64,000 nt of DNA, taken from the NCBI GenBank assembly GCA_963526965.1, contig CAURPS010000003.1, positions 56,303 through 120,302 of the forward strand, read 5' to 3'. This document shows, in pieces, positions 47,164 through 57,800 of the stretch; the first letter of the stretch is position 1, and every line of letters begins with the position of its first letter. The position numbers were made by a program, and so were the translations under genes. The notes below the pieces were generated by a model. The model made no database searches and had not been told where the DNA came from. It saw only the letters and a program-made list of their open reading frames with translations. Origin of the DNA: an uncultured Candidatus Saccharibacteria bacterium. GTDB lineage: Bacteria > Patescibacteriota > Saccharimonadia > Saccharimonadales > Saccharimonadaceae.

Positions 47164-50126
47164 GATGACCCTCCAACACGTCGAGCATACTCCCAGTGCC
47201 ATGCCTCTGGTTTGCTGCCATTTGGTTCGGCCCATTCGGGATGGACGTAGCCATATTTATGCGCATTGGCTTTGAGCCAATTGTATGTAGAAGAACCAAA
47301 GTCTCCCACACTAATATCTGCTGCAAGCCCCCAGCCATGGTTCGAACTACACGGTGGCGCTGGCTTGGCGAGGCCACCTTGGTATAGTGGGTCACCTGGT
47401 GTCGCGTATGCTATTTGCCGTTGGCAGTCTCGGTATGCTTCGTTAATACCGAAATCTGCACCAGTTTCTGCTTTGTATGCTTTGTTCATTTCTTCCATAG
47501 CGGCCGCAGCTTGCTTGTGCATCCTCTCGCCGGACGAAAATGACAGAGCTACCAAGTCGCCTTCTGCTAACTCGCCGTTTTTAAGGCCGTTCCATGTTGA
47601 TATAGAATCGCCACCTTCTGCAGCAGGCTGGGCTTGGTTAAATTCTGGCTCGCCAACTGCCGGGCCGCTGGGGGTACTGCTGCTAGATTGGCTTGCACCA
47701 CCTCCACCAGAGATCGGTTCATTGTCCATAGTGTCGACGACACGTTGGTCGATTGTGAAGAGTGCAGCATTGACTTTTTCCTCAGAGTCAAACTTGCAAT
47801 AAGCGGTGTCGACGCCATTCTCGCCATCAGTACCTTTGCCACACTTCTCTTGCCATTCTTTGAGCGTGCCGCCAGTTGCTTCGCCTGTTTCTTCGTTGTA
47901 TTGCCCAGCGAGAGATTGGGCAACCTCGTCAGGGTCTTTATCGAGATTGAGTGCACCATACGATATATTACAAAATGGCCCAGCAGCGACGTCTTTGGGG
48001 ATATTTGGGTCATCGCATGCTTGCCAAATTTTTTTCATGCGATCTGTCTCGGTATTAGCGCTGACTTTATTACCAAAGAAAGCCGGTACGATATTCTTAG
48101 GGAGAGACACAAGATTATGAACGAAACTACTAAGATTAGAAAAGCTACCCATATAGGGGATGAATGAACTGTAGAGACTTCCCATAAAGGTATATGGCGA
48201 CGTTGCGTCAAATGGACTCCGCTCAACGCGTTGCTCAGCAGCATAGGCAAGGTTGAGACGAGCTGTTTCTCGTTCGTAGGCGATTGTTTGGTCGACATTG
48301 AGCATACCGTTGCCACCCGCCGCTGCTGCTTCAGAGAACATATTTACTGCACCACTCGTGAGGGCATCTCCAGCATCTTCACCAACAGTAGCACTACTCA
48401 CAAGAGTGCCCGCCATAGAATTTATGAGCTTACTGAGGATTGGCGCAAGCACAGCAGAAATAACAGGAGCAGCTAAGTTTGAAACCAATTCACCGACGAC
48501 GCTTGTCCATCCACCAACGACACTCATGAGGAGCTGACCGCCAGTGCTGTTGATGGCTGTGCAGGATGTCTTTAGTGCGCTAATATTAGCTCCAAGGGCA
48601 TTGGCAACGCCGCTCATCTTCCGAGCCCACCCTCCGCCAGGGACGTACTCCGTCCAATTGGAGGTACCAGTTGGGGCTATCTCTTTCATTAGGCCATATT
48701 TAAGACCCATTCCGTCGGTTGCGGCCTTTTTGGTCACGTTGCCAGATTTGTTGACAAGTACAGTAGTAAGAATCGTCCCAAGTACAGCAACAGCCATATA
48801 GTCTGTTGAACCGGCCTTAATATTATCTGCCATTGTAAAGAACATCATGGCATAGCTAATAACCTGTGTCATTTGGATGAGGCGAATCGTCTTGCTAATA
48901 GACTGAGCACCATCTTGTACCATACAGAGGCCGCCAGCAATCATGGCGACGATATTGCCAGTCTTGCCAACGCCATTTTTGATAATATTGGCTGCTGCTT
49001 CTTTGCTGATAGATTTTGTTGCTCCTTCGGCACCTTCACTTACTGCTTCTTTTGCGGCTTTGCCAACATCAGTGTCTTCAGTAACCTTTTCTTTGCCTTC
49101 ATTGTCATTTTCCTTGGCTTCGTATCTGCCATTCATTTCTTTGCCTTTGGTATTTTTGTCGATGCTTTCGCGGACTTCTTTCTCACTTTTGGCGCCAGCC
49201 AGCTTGTTTTTCTTGGTGAGGGAGAATTTTTTTATGACGCCATTATTAAATACTTTGTCGAAGAAAGCGACCCAGCGCGGTGCATATGCGCGGTGCATAA
49301 TTGCTCTGAGCTCAGGCTTCTCATAATATAATTTTTTGAAATCTTTGGCGCTGATTGTTTCCTGAGTCCCATTAGGGTAAGTGACGCGCAGATTCTCGAT
49401 TTTTTCACCGATTGTGGACTTTTTCGCATCAAACCCATCGGAAGCTTTGACGATATTCCCTTCCTTGTCGAGGGCTTCAACATTATTTTTTTCAAATTGC
49501 TTTAGCAGCCGATTCGAAACACGATTATAGCGGCATCGTACATTCACAACCGAACAAAGGCCATCGGTTGCAGTGTTTTGGATACGCTTAAACATCACCT
49601 TATTAGCGCGTCGTTCGAAGCTGGTATTTTGTGAATTCCAGTGGTTGGTGAGATTTTCTTTAATATGAAGCAAAAGTAGACTTGGCCCACCAAAAAACGA
49701 GATCATTGAGCCACCGCCAAGCAAAATAGCGCCAAGGATTCCCATTGGCCCACCCTTCTTAGAGAATATCGCACTCCGCGCTTTGGCAAAGCGAGATTTG
49801 GGCTCAGAGAGTTTACTGTCTGGCGGGACTACCTTGTTGAACCAGTTATTATCGCTCCAGTTGCTTCCTGGCGCGCCCTCCTGGCCTCGGACGGAGTTGG
49901 CGTAGTCGCTGCCAGTTGCGCCAGTGCTGCTGGTGTTGCTATGGGCGGATGAACCACTCCCGCTGTTCTCGCGCGACTGGAGGTCTTGGGCGGTGTTGGA
50001 TTGGCTGTAATCACCACTGCCAGCGTGATTATTCCGGCCGGCGAAGGTGTCGTTGCTCCAATGCGTATTTCCCGGATTGTGCCGGTCGAGATCGGGTTTT
50101 TGCTGAGAGGGAATGGGGGTAGGCAT
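47160..50126 (-). CDS. 988-aa membrane protein with a C-terminal VanY/M15B-type D-Ala-D-Ala carboxypeptidase-like domain
   Basis: S/G/N-rich N-terminus, TM GILGAILLGGGSMISFFGGPSLLLL, and further hydrophobic segments mid-protein. The C-terminus has NEAYRDCQRQ, SNHGWGLAADIS, WLKANAHKYGYVHP and EAWHWEY. Confidence 0.7.
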   Translation of the reverse strand: MPTPIPSQQKPDLDRHNPGNTHWSNDTFAGRNNHAGSGDYSQSNTAQDLQSRENSGSGSSAHSNTSSTGATGSDYANSVRGQEGAPGSNWSDNNWFNKVVPPDSKLSEPKSRFAKARSAIFSKKGGPMGILGAILLGGGSMISFFGGPSLLLLHIKENLTNHWNSQNTSFERRANKVMFKRIQNTATDGLCSVVNVRCRYNRVSNRLLKQFEKNNVEALDKEGNIVKASDGFDAKKSTIGEKIENLRVTYPNGTQETISAKDFKKLYYEKPELRAIMHRAYAPRWVAFFDKVFNNGVIKKFSLTKKNKLAGAKSEKEVRESIDKNTKGKEMNGRYEAKENDNEGKEKVTEDTDVGKAAKEAVSEGAEGATKSISKEAAANIIKNGVGKTGNIVAMIAGGLCMVQDGAQSISKTIRLIQMTQVISYAMMFFTMADNIKAGSTDYMAVAVLGTILTTVLVNKSGNVTKKAATDGMGLKYGLMKEIAPTGTSNWTEYVPGGGWARKMSGVANALGANISALKTSCTAINSTGGQLLMSVVGGWTSVVGELVSNLAAPVISAVLAPILSKLINSMAGTLVSSATVGEDAGDALTSGAVNMFSEAAAAGGNGMLNVDQTIAYERETARLNLAYAAEQRVERSPFDATSPYTFMGSLYSSFIPYMGSFSNLSSFVHNLVSLPKNIVPAFFGNKVSANTETDRMKKIWQACDDPNIPKDVAAGPFCNISYGALNLDKDPDEVAQSLAGQYNEETGEATGGTLKEWQEKCGKGTDGENGVDTAYCKFDSEEKVNAALFTIDQRVVDTMDNEPISGGGGASQSSSSTPSGPAVGEPEFNQAQPAAEGGDSISTWNGLKNGELAEGDLVALSFSSGERMHKQAAAAMEEMNKAYKAETGADFGINEAYRDCQRQIAYATPGDPLYQGGLAKPAPPCSSNHGWGLAADISVGDFGSSTYNWLKANAHKYGYVHPEWAEPNGSKPEAWHWEYARRVGGSS

Positions 50127-50132
50127 GGTGGG

Positions 50133-51968
50133 CTACGACCTCACTGGCTGCTGATATAAGCTGTTATTGGCCACCGGGTTGGTAGTGATGAATTGCGTCT
50201 CGGTCTCGCTGGCGAAGATGCGGATATGGACGTGGTTTTGCCCCGCAAAGAAGAGCCCATCGCCCACAGGGAAGTTAGATAGACGCTTACGCTCTTCCTC
50301 GGTGAGTTTAAAGACCTCAGCGAGCACATCCACCGCGCTGGTCGATTGCTTTAGCAAGAGCTGGAGCGAACTGTTTGCCACAATGGCCCGGCCCTTCTCA
50401 CTCCCCATAAAGTCCTCCACATCCTGTGTAATAGTCGTCAGCCCCAGAGAATACTTACGAGCTCGCTTGGCTAGGCTATGGAGAAACTCCGCCGAGTCTT
50501 CGTACTTCATCAGCTGCCAAGCCTCATCGACGATCAGCATCCGCCGGCGCTGCACGGTGCGAGCGATATTCCAGATGTGGCTCAGCACAATATACATTGC
50601 CACTGGCCGTAGGTCATCCTCGAGATCGCGGATATTAAACACCACCATGCTGTTATTAATATCAACATTGCTCTGCTGGCTAAAGATACCAGCAAAAGTA
50701 CCTGTGGTGTATTTGCGCAGGCGCTGGGCTAGCGATGGCCCTGCCCCACCCATGTGAAGGAGGGTGTCGTAGAGGTCGATGATCGTCGGTGGCTGAGAAT
50801 TATGCGTTAGTGGGTCGCTGGTGATGCCAGCCCGAGCGTAGGTATCGATGAGCGCTTGATCGAGATCGGCCTCTTCAGCTGGGCTGAGCAAGGCAATCTG
50901 TTGCCCACCCACCAACGTGCCGCCCAACATGAGCTTGAAGAGCCGCTGCAGGGTGATGAGATTGGCGCGCAGGGCATCAGTTGCTTCGTCGCTGTCGATT
51001 ACTCGGGGAAGGTCGAAGGGGTTAATTCGCGTATCGCTACTGAGGCTGAGGCGAATGTAACTGCCGCCGACTGCGTCAGCTAGCTTCTGATACTCGTTCT
51101 CAGGGTCGATGACAAGGATGTCGGTGCCAAGCATCATACTGCGCAGTGCTTCGAGCTTAACGGTAAAGGATTTACCAGCACCAGACTTTGCAAAGACGAC
51201 CATATTCGCGTTCTCAAGGCTAAAGCGGTCGAAAATAACGAGCCCTTGGTTGTGCTGGTTCACACCATAGAGAATCCCCTCGCCGTCACTGAGGTCGGCA
51301 CTGGTAAAGGGAAAGCTCGTGCTCACCGCACCAGTGTTCATGTTGCGGCGGACTTGCAGCTGGTCGGTCATTTGGGGGATGGTACTGTTGAGGCCTTGCT
51401 CTTGTTGGTTACTGGCAGTTTTGCTGTAGACCATATTTTGGCCAAAGATTGTCTCGATAACATGCTGAACGAAGCTCAGCTCCTCGAGGCTATCGGCATA
51501 AAGCGTGACGTAAAGCCCAAAACGGAAGAAACGCTCAGCCCCAAGCTGTAGCTGGTCGCGCAGCTCCTCGGCATCGGCCAGAGCGGCTTCGCGGGCTGGG
51601 TCACGCACCTTGCCTTTTTCGGAATTAAGCGCCATATCGGCCTCAAGCTGCGTCACCTTCTTGCGGAGGTTATTAAGGACGATCTCTGTCTCGACGGGGT
51701 AGATAAACATGCTAATATCGAGCACTTGGTCGATGTTGATCAACCCTGACAACCAGCCTGTGTAGAGCTCACGTGGGTAGCCATAGATGTAGAGTGTGCG
51801 GCCATACTTGGTACCAATGCGGAAGTATGTGCTGTGAATCTCGAGGCTGCTGGGCGCGATTAGGTCGCGCAGCGTCGTCATCCCCTTGATAAAGGCTTCT
51901 TCTACCTCTGCTTGCTCGCGCTCGCGCTGCTGGGCAGCAATGTCGATTGGATCGGGTCGTCGTGCCAT
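50133..51968 (-). CDS. virB4: VirB4/TraE-class type IV secretion ATPase (monoderm type)
   Basis: 611 aa. N-terminal LIAPSSLEIHSTYFRIGTKYGRTLYIYGYPRELYTGWL, Walker A KSGAGKSF, Walker B MLIVDEAW. Confidence 0.85.
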   Translation of the reverse strand: MARRPDPIDIAAQQREREQAEVEEAFIKGMTTLRDLIAPSSLEIHSTYFRIGTKYGRTLYIYGYPRELYTGWLSGLINIDQVLDISMFIYPVETEIVLNNLRKKVTQLEADMALNSEKGKVRDPAREAALADAEELRDQLQLGAERFFRFGLYVTLYADSLEELSFVQHVIETIFGQNMVYSKTASNQQEQGLNSTIPQMTDQLQVRRNMNTGAVSTSFPFTSADLSDGEGILYGVNQHNQGLVIFDRFSLENANMVVFAKSGAGKSFTVKLEALRSMMLGTDILVIDPENEYQKLADAVGGSYIRLSLSSDTRINPFDLPRVIDSDEATDALRANLITLQRLFKLMLGGTLVGGQQIALLSPAEEADLDQALIDTYARAGITSDPLTHNSQPPTIIDLYDTLLHMGGAGPSLAQRLRKYTTGTFAGIFSQQSNVDINNSMVVFNIRDLEDDLRPVAMYIVLSHIWNIARTVQRRRMLIVDEAWQLMKYEDSAEFLHSLAKRARKYSLGLTTITQDVEDFMGSEKGRAIVANSSLQLLLKQSTSAVDVLAEVFKLTEEERKRLSNFPVGDGLFFAGQNHVHIRIFASETETQFITTNPVANNSLYQQPVRS

Positions 51969-52927
51969 TAAAAATCTCCTTTGTGATATGCTGTCGAGGT
52001 TGGGACGGCTCCCTCACCCTTGCGGACGAAGGTGGAAGTCACGTTATTAAAGTCGCCCAGTGGCTCGCGCACCGCCGTGTCGGGGTTGTACATGTTGTAA
52101 TAGAGGGTACCGAGCTCTTTAGTCTTGAGCTGCACTGCCCGCACACCAATCTGCATCAAGCCATTAAGGATGGTGTCAGCGCGGTTGCGGATCTCCTCGC
52201 GGGCTCGCTCGTAGGTTTCTTTGCTGATCTTCGTCACAGTGTTGGTATTCTTAGGGGCGAAGAGCTTGGTGAAGAACCCTTTACTCTGGTCGAGAATCGT
52301 CCCCTCCCCTGCTGGGTAATACGGGATGACGACGTAGAAACTCTTGTCCATGATGTTGGCGTTTTGTGAGAGGTCGTCGATGAAGTTGATATAGTCTTCC
52401 ATCAGCACGCTGAGCAGCATGTTGTCTTGGGTGCGCTGGATGGCGACGAGCTTGTCGAGGTATGGGCCAATATCCACCCGCTGCGAGCGGATGCAGATCT
52501 GCACTGGGAAGTACAGCGCATTGAGGAAGTTCTGGTAGCTATACTCTACCCCCTCGCGCTCACGAGCGCTCATGAGGTCGAAGTTAATCGACTCACAGGC
52601 AATGACGGCGCGGAAGCTCCCATCACCCATGATGATCATATCATCGCGCAATTCCGAGAGGAGGAGGCTATTCTGTGTGGTAGCGGGTTTGGGTGGAGCC
52701 TTTTTCTTGGTGTCTTGAGTAGGCTGATCATTCGTATTACCTTGCACAGCTGGTGGCTGAGCCGGTGCTTGCACGGCGGGGTAATTGCCCTGTGGCGGAG
52801 CAGGATATTGCGGGTAATTAGCTGGCACCTGGCCAGCTGGCGCAGCGCCCTGGCCTTGGCTATAGCCAAACTGGCTGACTGGCCCAGCTGGTGGTTGTTG
52901 ATTGTTGGGTGAATTTGGCGACACCAC
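51968..52927 (-). CDS. hypothetical T4SS-associated protein (P/Q-rich N-terminus plus about 230-aa globular part)
   Basis: GTG start directly after AAGGAGA. Its stop overlaps the virB4 ATG (TAATG). I recognised no catalytic motif. Confidence 0.5.
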   Translation of the reverse strand: MVSPNSPNNQQPPAGPVSQFGYSQGQGAAPAGQVPANYPQYPAPPQGNYPAVQAPAQPPAVQGNTNDQPTQDTKKKAPPKPATTQNSLLLSELRDDMIIMGDGSFRAVIACESINFDLMSAREREGVEYSYQNFLNALYFPVQICIRSQRVDIGPYLDKLVAIQRTQDNMLLSVLMEDYINFIDDLSQNANIMDKSFYVVIPYYPAGEGTILDQSKGFFTKLFAPKNTNTVTKISKETYERAREEIRNRADTILNGLMQIGVRAVQLKTKELGTLYYNMYNPDTAVREPLGDFNNVTSTFVRKGEGAVPTSTAYHKGDF

Positions 52928-52942
52928 TCTCCTTCTTATTTC

Positions 52943-54811
52943 TTAGCGCAAAGGGATGACAATCTCATCATCGTCATCATCCTGACTAGCCTGCTCTTGA
53001 TGTTGAATCCGATTGGCTTCATTGGCAATGGCAGCAACGGACAAATCAGAGTTGCTGGCTAGTCTAATTATATCAGGCGAGACGGTGTTTGTGCTAGTGT
53101 TTGGCGGCAGATTGTTGCGTTGCTGGGCGAGCTGCTCCTCCCGCAGACGTTCCTCGCGCGTGGGGGTTGTCTTGGCGTAATAACTGGGGTCGAGCGGCTG
53201 GATGACCGACTGATGAATGCTGGGGTATGGGTTGTAGCGCACCGCCATATCGATGACATTTTTGTCATCAGCCAGTGCTGAGCGATCTCGGTAGGATACT
53301 GCGGCTGGGGTGGGTGCAAGAGCTGGTGCGGCTTGAACTGGTGCAACGGGTGGCTGCTGAGGTGGTGCTGGCTGGTAGGTAGGCTGCTGGGGAGGATACG
53401 ACACAGGGGTTTGCGGATAATTGGAGGCTGCTGGCGGGGTTGGTTGCTCTGCAGGTACTGGGGTGGATGATGGTTGAGTGTCAGTAGGATGCGCTTCAGC
53501 TGGTGGGTTGCTGGGCGTAGTTGTTGTGTGCGTGGCTGACTTTTGGGGTGGTACAAGCGGCACAGCATCGGTGATGGGAGTGGCGTGCTGGCGCAGGTTG
53601 GCATAGATCGCCTCAAAGGATGGTGTCTCCTCTGGCTTGGGCTCTGGCGCAGCTTCTGCTGTAGGTTCAGGCGGTGTGTAGGGCTTACTCAGGGCGTCTG
53701 GCAAGACCGAATCGTGCGGAATAACGGCGGGCAGTGCCATTGGCAGAGACTGGAGTGAGTCATGCTTTTGCGGCATGGGCTGTGGCTCAGTAACAGGCGT
53801 TTCGTCATGCGCCGCATCATCCACTGGCGAAATCTCGTATACCTCGGTAGGTTGCTGAGGTGGGTATGGGTTTGGTTGGTTTTGGTAGGCGCTAGCATCG
53901 GGCGAGGGAGCTTGCTGATGCGACGACGCCGTACGATTCTCCGGGAAGCTCGTGGACGAATACGACACCGCTGGGCGCTGAGGCTCTGGTGCTGAGTATG
54001 GCGACTCAGGCATGCGAGGCTGAGCTGGCGACACTGGCGCAAAGCCAGCGGCATCAACGGGTGGCTGATACGGAGGTGTAGCCTGTGGTGGGATAGTTGG
54101 AGCTGGCTGCGGTGCTGCCTGGTATGGTTGCGGCTGGGCCTGTGGCCAGGCTGGCTGATACGGCACCGGGGCTTGCTGGAGTGGCTGCCCATCAGCTACG
54201 GCAGGCAGCGCAGCCGCTGGGGCTTGCATGCGCTCGATGGCGGCTCGGCGCCGGGCTTGGTTGGATTGCTCAATGCGCCGCGTCATCGCCCGTGCTTCGC
54301 TGCTGTTATCATCAAACATATCCGAGGTCTGCTGCGCCTCGAAGTAGACATCGCTAATCATCGACCCCTGTGCGTCGGGCACACGAGTATGGCGGATAGA
54401 CCAGCCATGGCTATCAGCCAGCTGCGACAGGTATGCTAGGCGGCGCTCGGCCTCGTCTTGGCTGAGGTTCTTTGTTCGCTCAATCTCCACCTTCTCAGGT
54501 ACCGTAATTTCGATGAGTGAGCTGATGCCATCGGGCTGCCACATACGCCGGCGTGGCTTGGTGTAGAATGATATCACCGCCGCGAGGTAAACCTCCATTG
54601 GCTGATCCTTACGTAGTGGCAAAGCTAAGGCACCAAACAGCAGAATAATCGGCACCGGAATAACCGCCAGTGGCAAAAACACTTGCGACAGCCCCCACGC
54701 TAGCGCAATCCCCGCCGCCGCAACCAGCAAATAAATAAACTGGCGAAAGCTAAACGGCCCAAGAATCTTATCCTCTGCCTCTACATCCTGCGCAACCTTA
54801 TATCTCGACAT
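52943..54811 (-). CDS. PrgI/VirB3-like membrane protein fused to about 450 aa of P/Q/A-rich low complexity
   Basis: N-terminal MSRYKVAQDVEAEDKILGPFSFRQFIYLLVAAAGIALAWGL followed by a second TM, as in PrgI-family proteins. Most of the remainder is a proline/glutamine-rich tract. Confidence 0.6.
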   Translation of the reverse strand: MSRYKVAQDVEAEDKILGPFSFRQFIYLLVAAAGIALAWGLSQVFLPLAVIPVPIILLFGALALPLRKDQPMEVYLAAVISFYTKPRRRMWQPDGISSLIEITVPEKVEIERTKNLSQDEAERRLAYLSQLADSHGWSIRHTRVPDAQGSMISDVYFEAQQTSDMFDDNSSEARAMTRRIEQSNQARRRAAIERMQAPAAALPAVADGQPLQQAPVPYQPAWPQAQPQPYQAAPQPAPTIPPQATPPYQPPVDAAGFAPVSPAQPRMPESPYSAPEPQRPAVSYSSTSFPENRTASSHQQAPSPDASAYQNQPNPYPPQQPTEVYEISPVDDAAHDETPVTEPQPMPQKHDSLQSLPMALPAVIPHDSVLPDALSKPYTPPEPTAEAAPEPKPEETPSFEAIYANLRQHATPITDAVPLVPPQKSATHTTTTPSNPPAEAHPTDTQPSSTPVPAEQPTPPAASNYPQTPVSYPPQQPTYQPAPPQQPPVAPVQAAPALAPTPAAVSYRDRSALADDKNVIDMAVRYNPYPSIHQSVIQPLDPSYYAKTTPTREERLREEQLAQQRNNLPPNTSTNTVSPDIIRLASNSDLSVAAIANEANRIQHQEQASQDDDDDEIVIPLR

Positions 54812-54874
54812 AGTTTATGTATTTATTATAGCATGAGGGGGATGAAGTCTCTCTTACTACCATCAAATATTTTA

Positions 54875-57800
54875 TTAAAACTTGCCGCGAGACCAGTTAT
54901 CGACAGTATCTTTGATGCTCTGACGACTACGAATTTCATTTTTGACCTGTTTATCTTTAAGGGCGAGTCGTGCAGATTCTTGTAGCCTTTGTTGAGCTTG
55001 CTTCAGTTCTTGAGCACCCACTCGAGGGCCGGGCTGTGCTAAAGCATCATTGATAATCTTTGTAGATGCTTGATCCATGTTTGCAATTTCTTCAGGTTTA
55101 CCAAACTTCTCTTTATTAATAGATCTAACGATAGATTGCTGAAGATCAAAATTACCATCCTTTATATCATTGTAGGCCCCACCATCAAACCAGCCATGTT
55201 TTTTTGCACCACTTGATGCACTAAGAGCTGAAGCAAGAGCCAATCGTTCACCTTCGCTCTCAAGGCTATTGGCAAGTTCTGCAAGTTGCACAAACTGCTG
55301 GGCATTCGCAGATCGTCCAGCCCTATCTAGGACATATCTTCTCTCGGAAGTTGTTTGTGGCAGAGGGATGCTTGTAATTACATTTCCTGCACTATCTGTT
55401 GGTTTTATATTTGGTTTTACTAGACCTCTAGCCATGTCAACAAATTGGCCGTTCCCAAGGCGGGTTTCCTTGCCAGTCCCACTATCTATAAATGAGACAT
55501 CACTCTCATACATAGTTTTTGCTTTCTTTATAGACTCGTCATACCGTTTCTCTTCTTGCCAAGATGCTTCTTTACCGAGATCCTCTATCATGCGTTTAGC
55601 GGCTTCATTATTAAACTTATTTGCTCCCACTTCAATAACTCTATTAGCTTTTCCAGATACCCAACTCCGTGCAGCTCTACCCCAAGTAGTAGGATTTTTT
55701 GTACCCTTATAAGTTCCAGCCTGTATTTGTGCACGTCTTTCTGCCTTTACCTGATCACGATAGTCCATATATTTGCCCCATTTGGATTCATTGAGCATCT
55801 TTTGTGATTTTTTGCCTACCGCATTGCCAGCCATTTGTCCCCACTTATCGGCAATATTTGCTAACCCCATCATTGAGGTCATGAGGCTTGTTAGGCGAGA
55901 AACTAAGAGGAGTGGCGTGAAGGTAAGCGCAGCAGCAATAATCTGTAATAACACCTCTGATTCGCCCTTCATGCCATTAATGACCGTTGCCCCCAGATTA
56001 CACGCACCATAGAGCAAGCCAACTGCAGGGTAGAGAAATAGCAATGTCTTGAAGAAACCCCACCATTTCTTGAATAATCCTTCTGTACTTGGCAATAGCA
56101 GGGCTACAAAGGCAAGTGGAGACAAGATAATAGTAAAGATAACCAAGGCATGCCGCGCCCCGAGAAGGAATACTGTAACAGTTGCAGTAACAGCAATGAA
56201 GATAAGACCAGAAATAAGCGCGCCAAGGGCAAAGAAGCCAACGGTGCCAGCAAGAACAGCAGCAGCAATTCCTCCTAGCGCATTACCCTTTGTTGCCCAG
56301 CCACCCTCTGGGCCGCTCCCGCCACCACCAAGTGAGCTGATGAAATTGAACGATGATGACCCGACAATATTTGATATATCGACAAGAATGCTACATATAT
56401 AGAAAGATATATTGACGAGGACGATAGTCATAAGAAGCTTGGGTAGAAGTTTCTTAATACCATAATTGCTAATACCAAGACCGCTAACCTGCGAGTAGAT
56501 AATAATCAAGAAAACGATAACAAAGACGATATTGGCAATATCCCGAATACGTGACCAATAGTGGAAGGCCGAATCAGGACCACGGTTAGTTAAGATAAAT
56601 GAGTTGACTTCAAGCAGTTTGGCTAAAATACCTGCAGAGTCGTCTGAGATGTCGGCAAGGAAGTTAACGACAGGGCAAACAACCCAGCCAACACCATCGA
56701 TGGCACAGCGTGATTTGGATTCTTCTTCACCATCCTCAGGCGTGTCGTGAGCACCCTCACCACCCCCTATGTCAATGTCTCCTGCCTTTGCTGCGTCTGC
56801 CGCCTTCTTTGTATCAACACCGTTAAGAATGTCTTTGATCTCTTTTTCTGTCAGATTTGGCCATTTTTCATGCATACATTTGCTAATGTATTCTTTTTTG
56901 TATGTGTTGATATCTTTTTCTTTACTAGATTTCCCGCGCGTTACTACAGCCTCTGTAACATAGGATTTCGTAGCATTTGCAATACAAACCGCAACAGATT
57001 TTTCCCAACCATTATCATTACATTTCGATTGGTCTGCCGCACATGCCTTATTTTTTAGAGAAGACAACGCTGATGCAAGGCTGTCGTCAACTGCCTTTGC
57101 TGAGGCGTTTTTCTTGGCGTTATCTATTGCCTTGCTTGCTTGCGCTGTAACTCTTTTTGATTTATCGATACAGAATTTTTTGTCTTCTTCTGTCTTAGAA
57201 TGATTACCCGCTGTTACAGTTATGTCTGGAGCTTTGTACTTTGCTATAACTTGCTGTACTATATCACTGTTGCCGTCTTTTCCAATCCTGCTATATGATA
57301 TATAGCCATCTTCTGCTTTGTCTGCAAGAGTGATTTGAGAACTATTAAGCTCTGATCGATTTTTCTCATCCTTGACGGAACACGTGCTGACAAAATCCTT
57401 ATAATAATACGTGTATATCTCACCAGGTTTTAAATACTCCTCTATATTATTATCATTAATTTTTAACTTACTACGAATTGCTGCGTTGACAGGGCCTTGC
57501 CGACCTTTTGTTGCTTCCCATGTTCTATTGCTATTGTTCTTCTTATAACCAGCTGCGGTCAAAAAATCTTCAGCGCCCGAAAACCCCCATTTTAAGATAC
57601 CTTCTTCATAAATGGCAGCACATGACATTTTTTTGCCTAGGACAAAGCGCTCTTTACTAAAACCATTTCCGCCAAGACCATTAGTTTTGACATCTCTAAA
57701 GTCAATACTGTCAATCCCGTCAAAACACCCAGCATGAGATGTGCCACTCTCCCCGTCTTGCGCCTCAAAGAGAGCCCATTTTCGAATCTTCTCATCATGA

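Noticed and set aside
53068-54192. Long ORFs (182 aa and 167 aa) in other frames of the minus strand, plus shorter plus-strand antisense ORFs, within the PrgI-like gene.
   Set aside because: They lie in the GC-rich proline/glutamine-coding tract, where stop codons are rare in several frames. Their translations are low-complexity R/S/H/P strings. I treat them as compositional artefacts.
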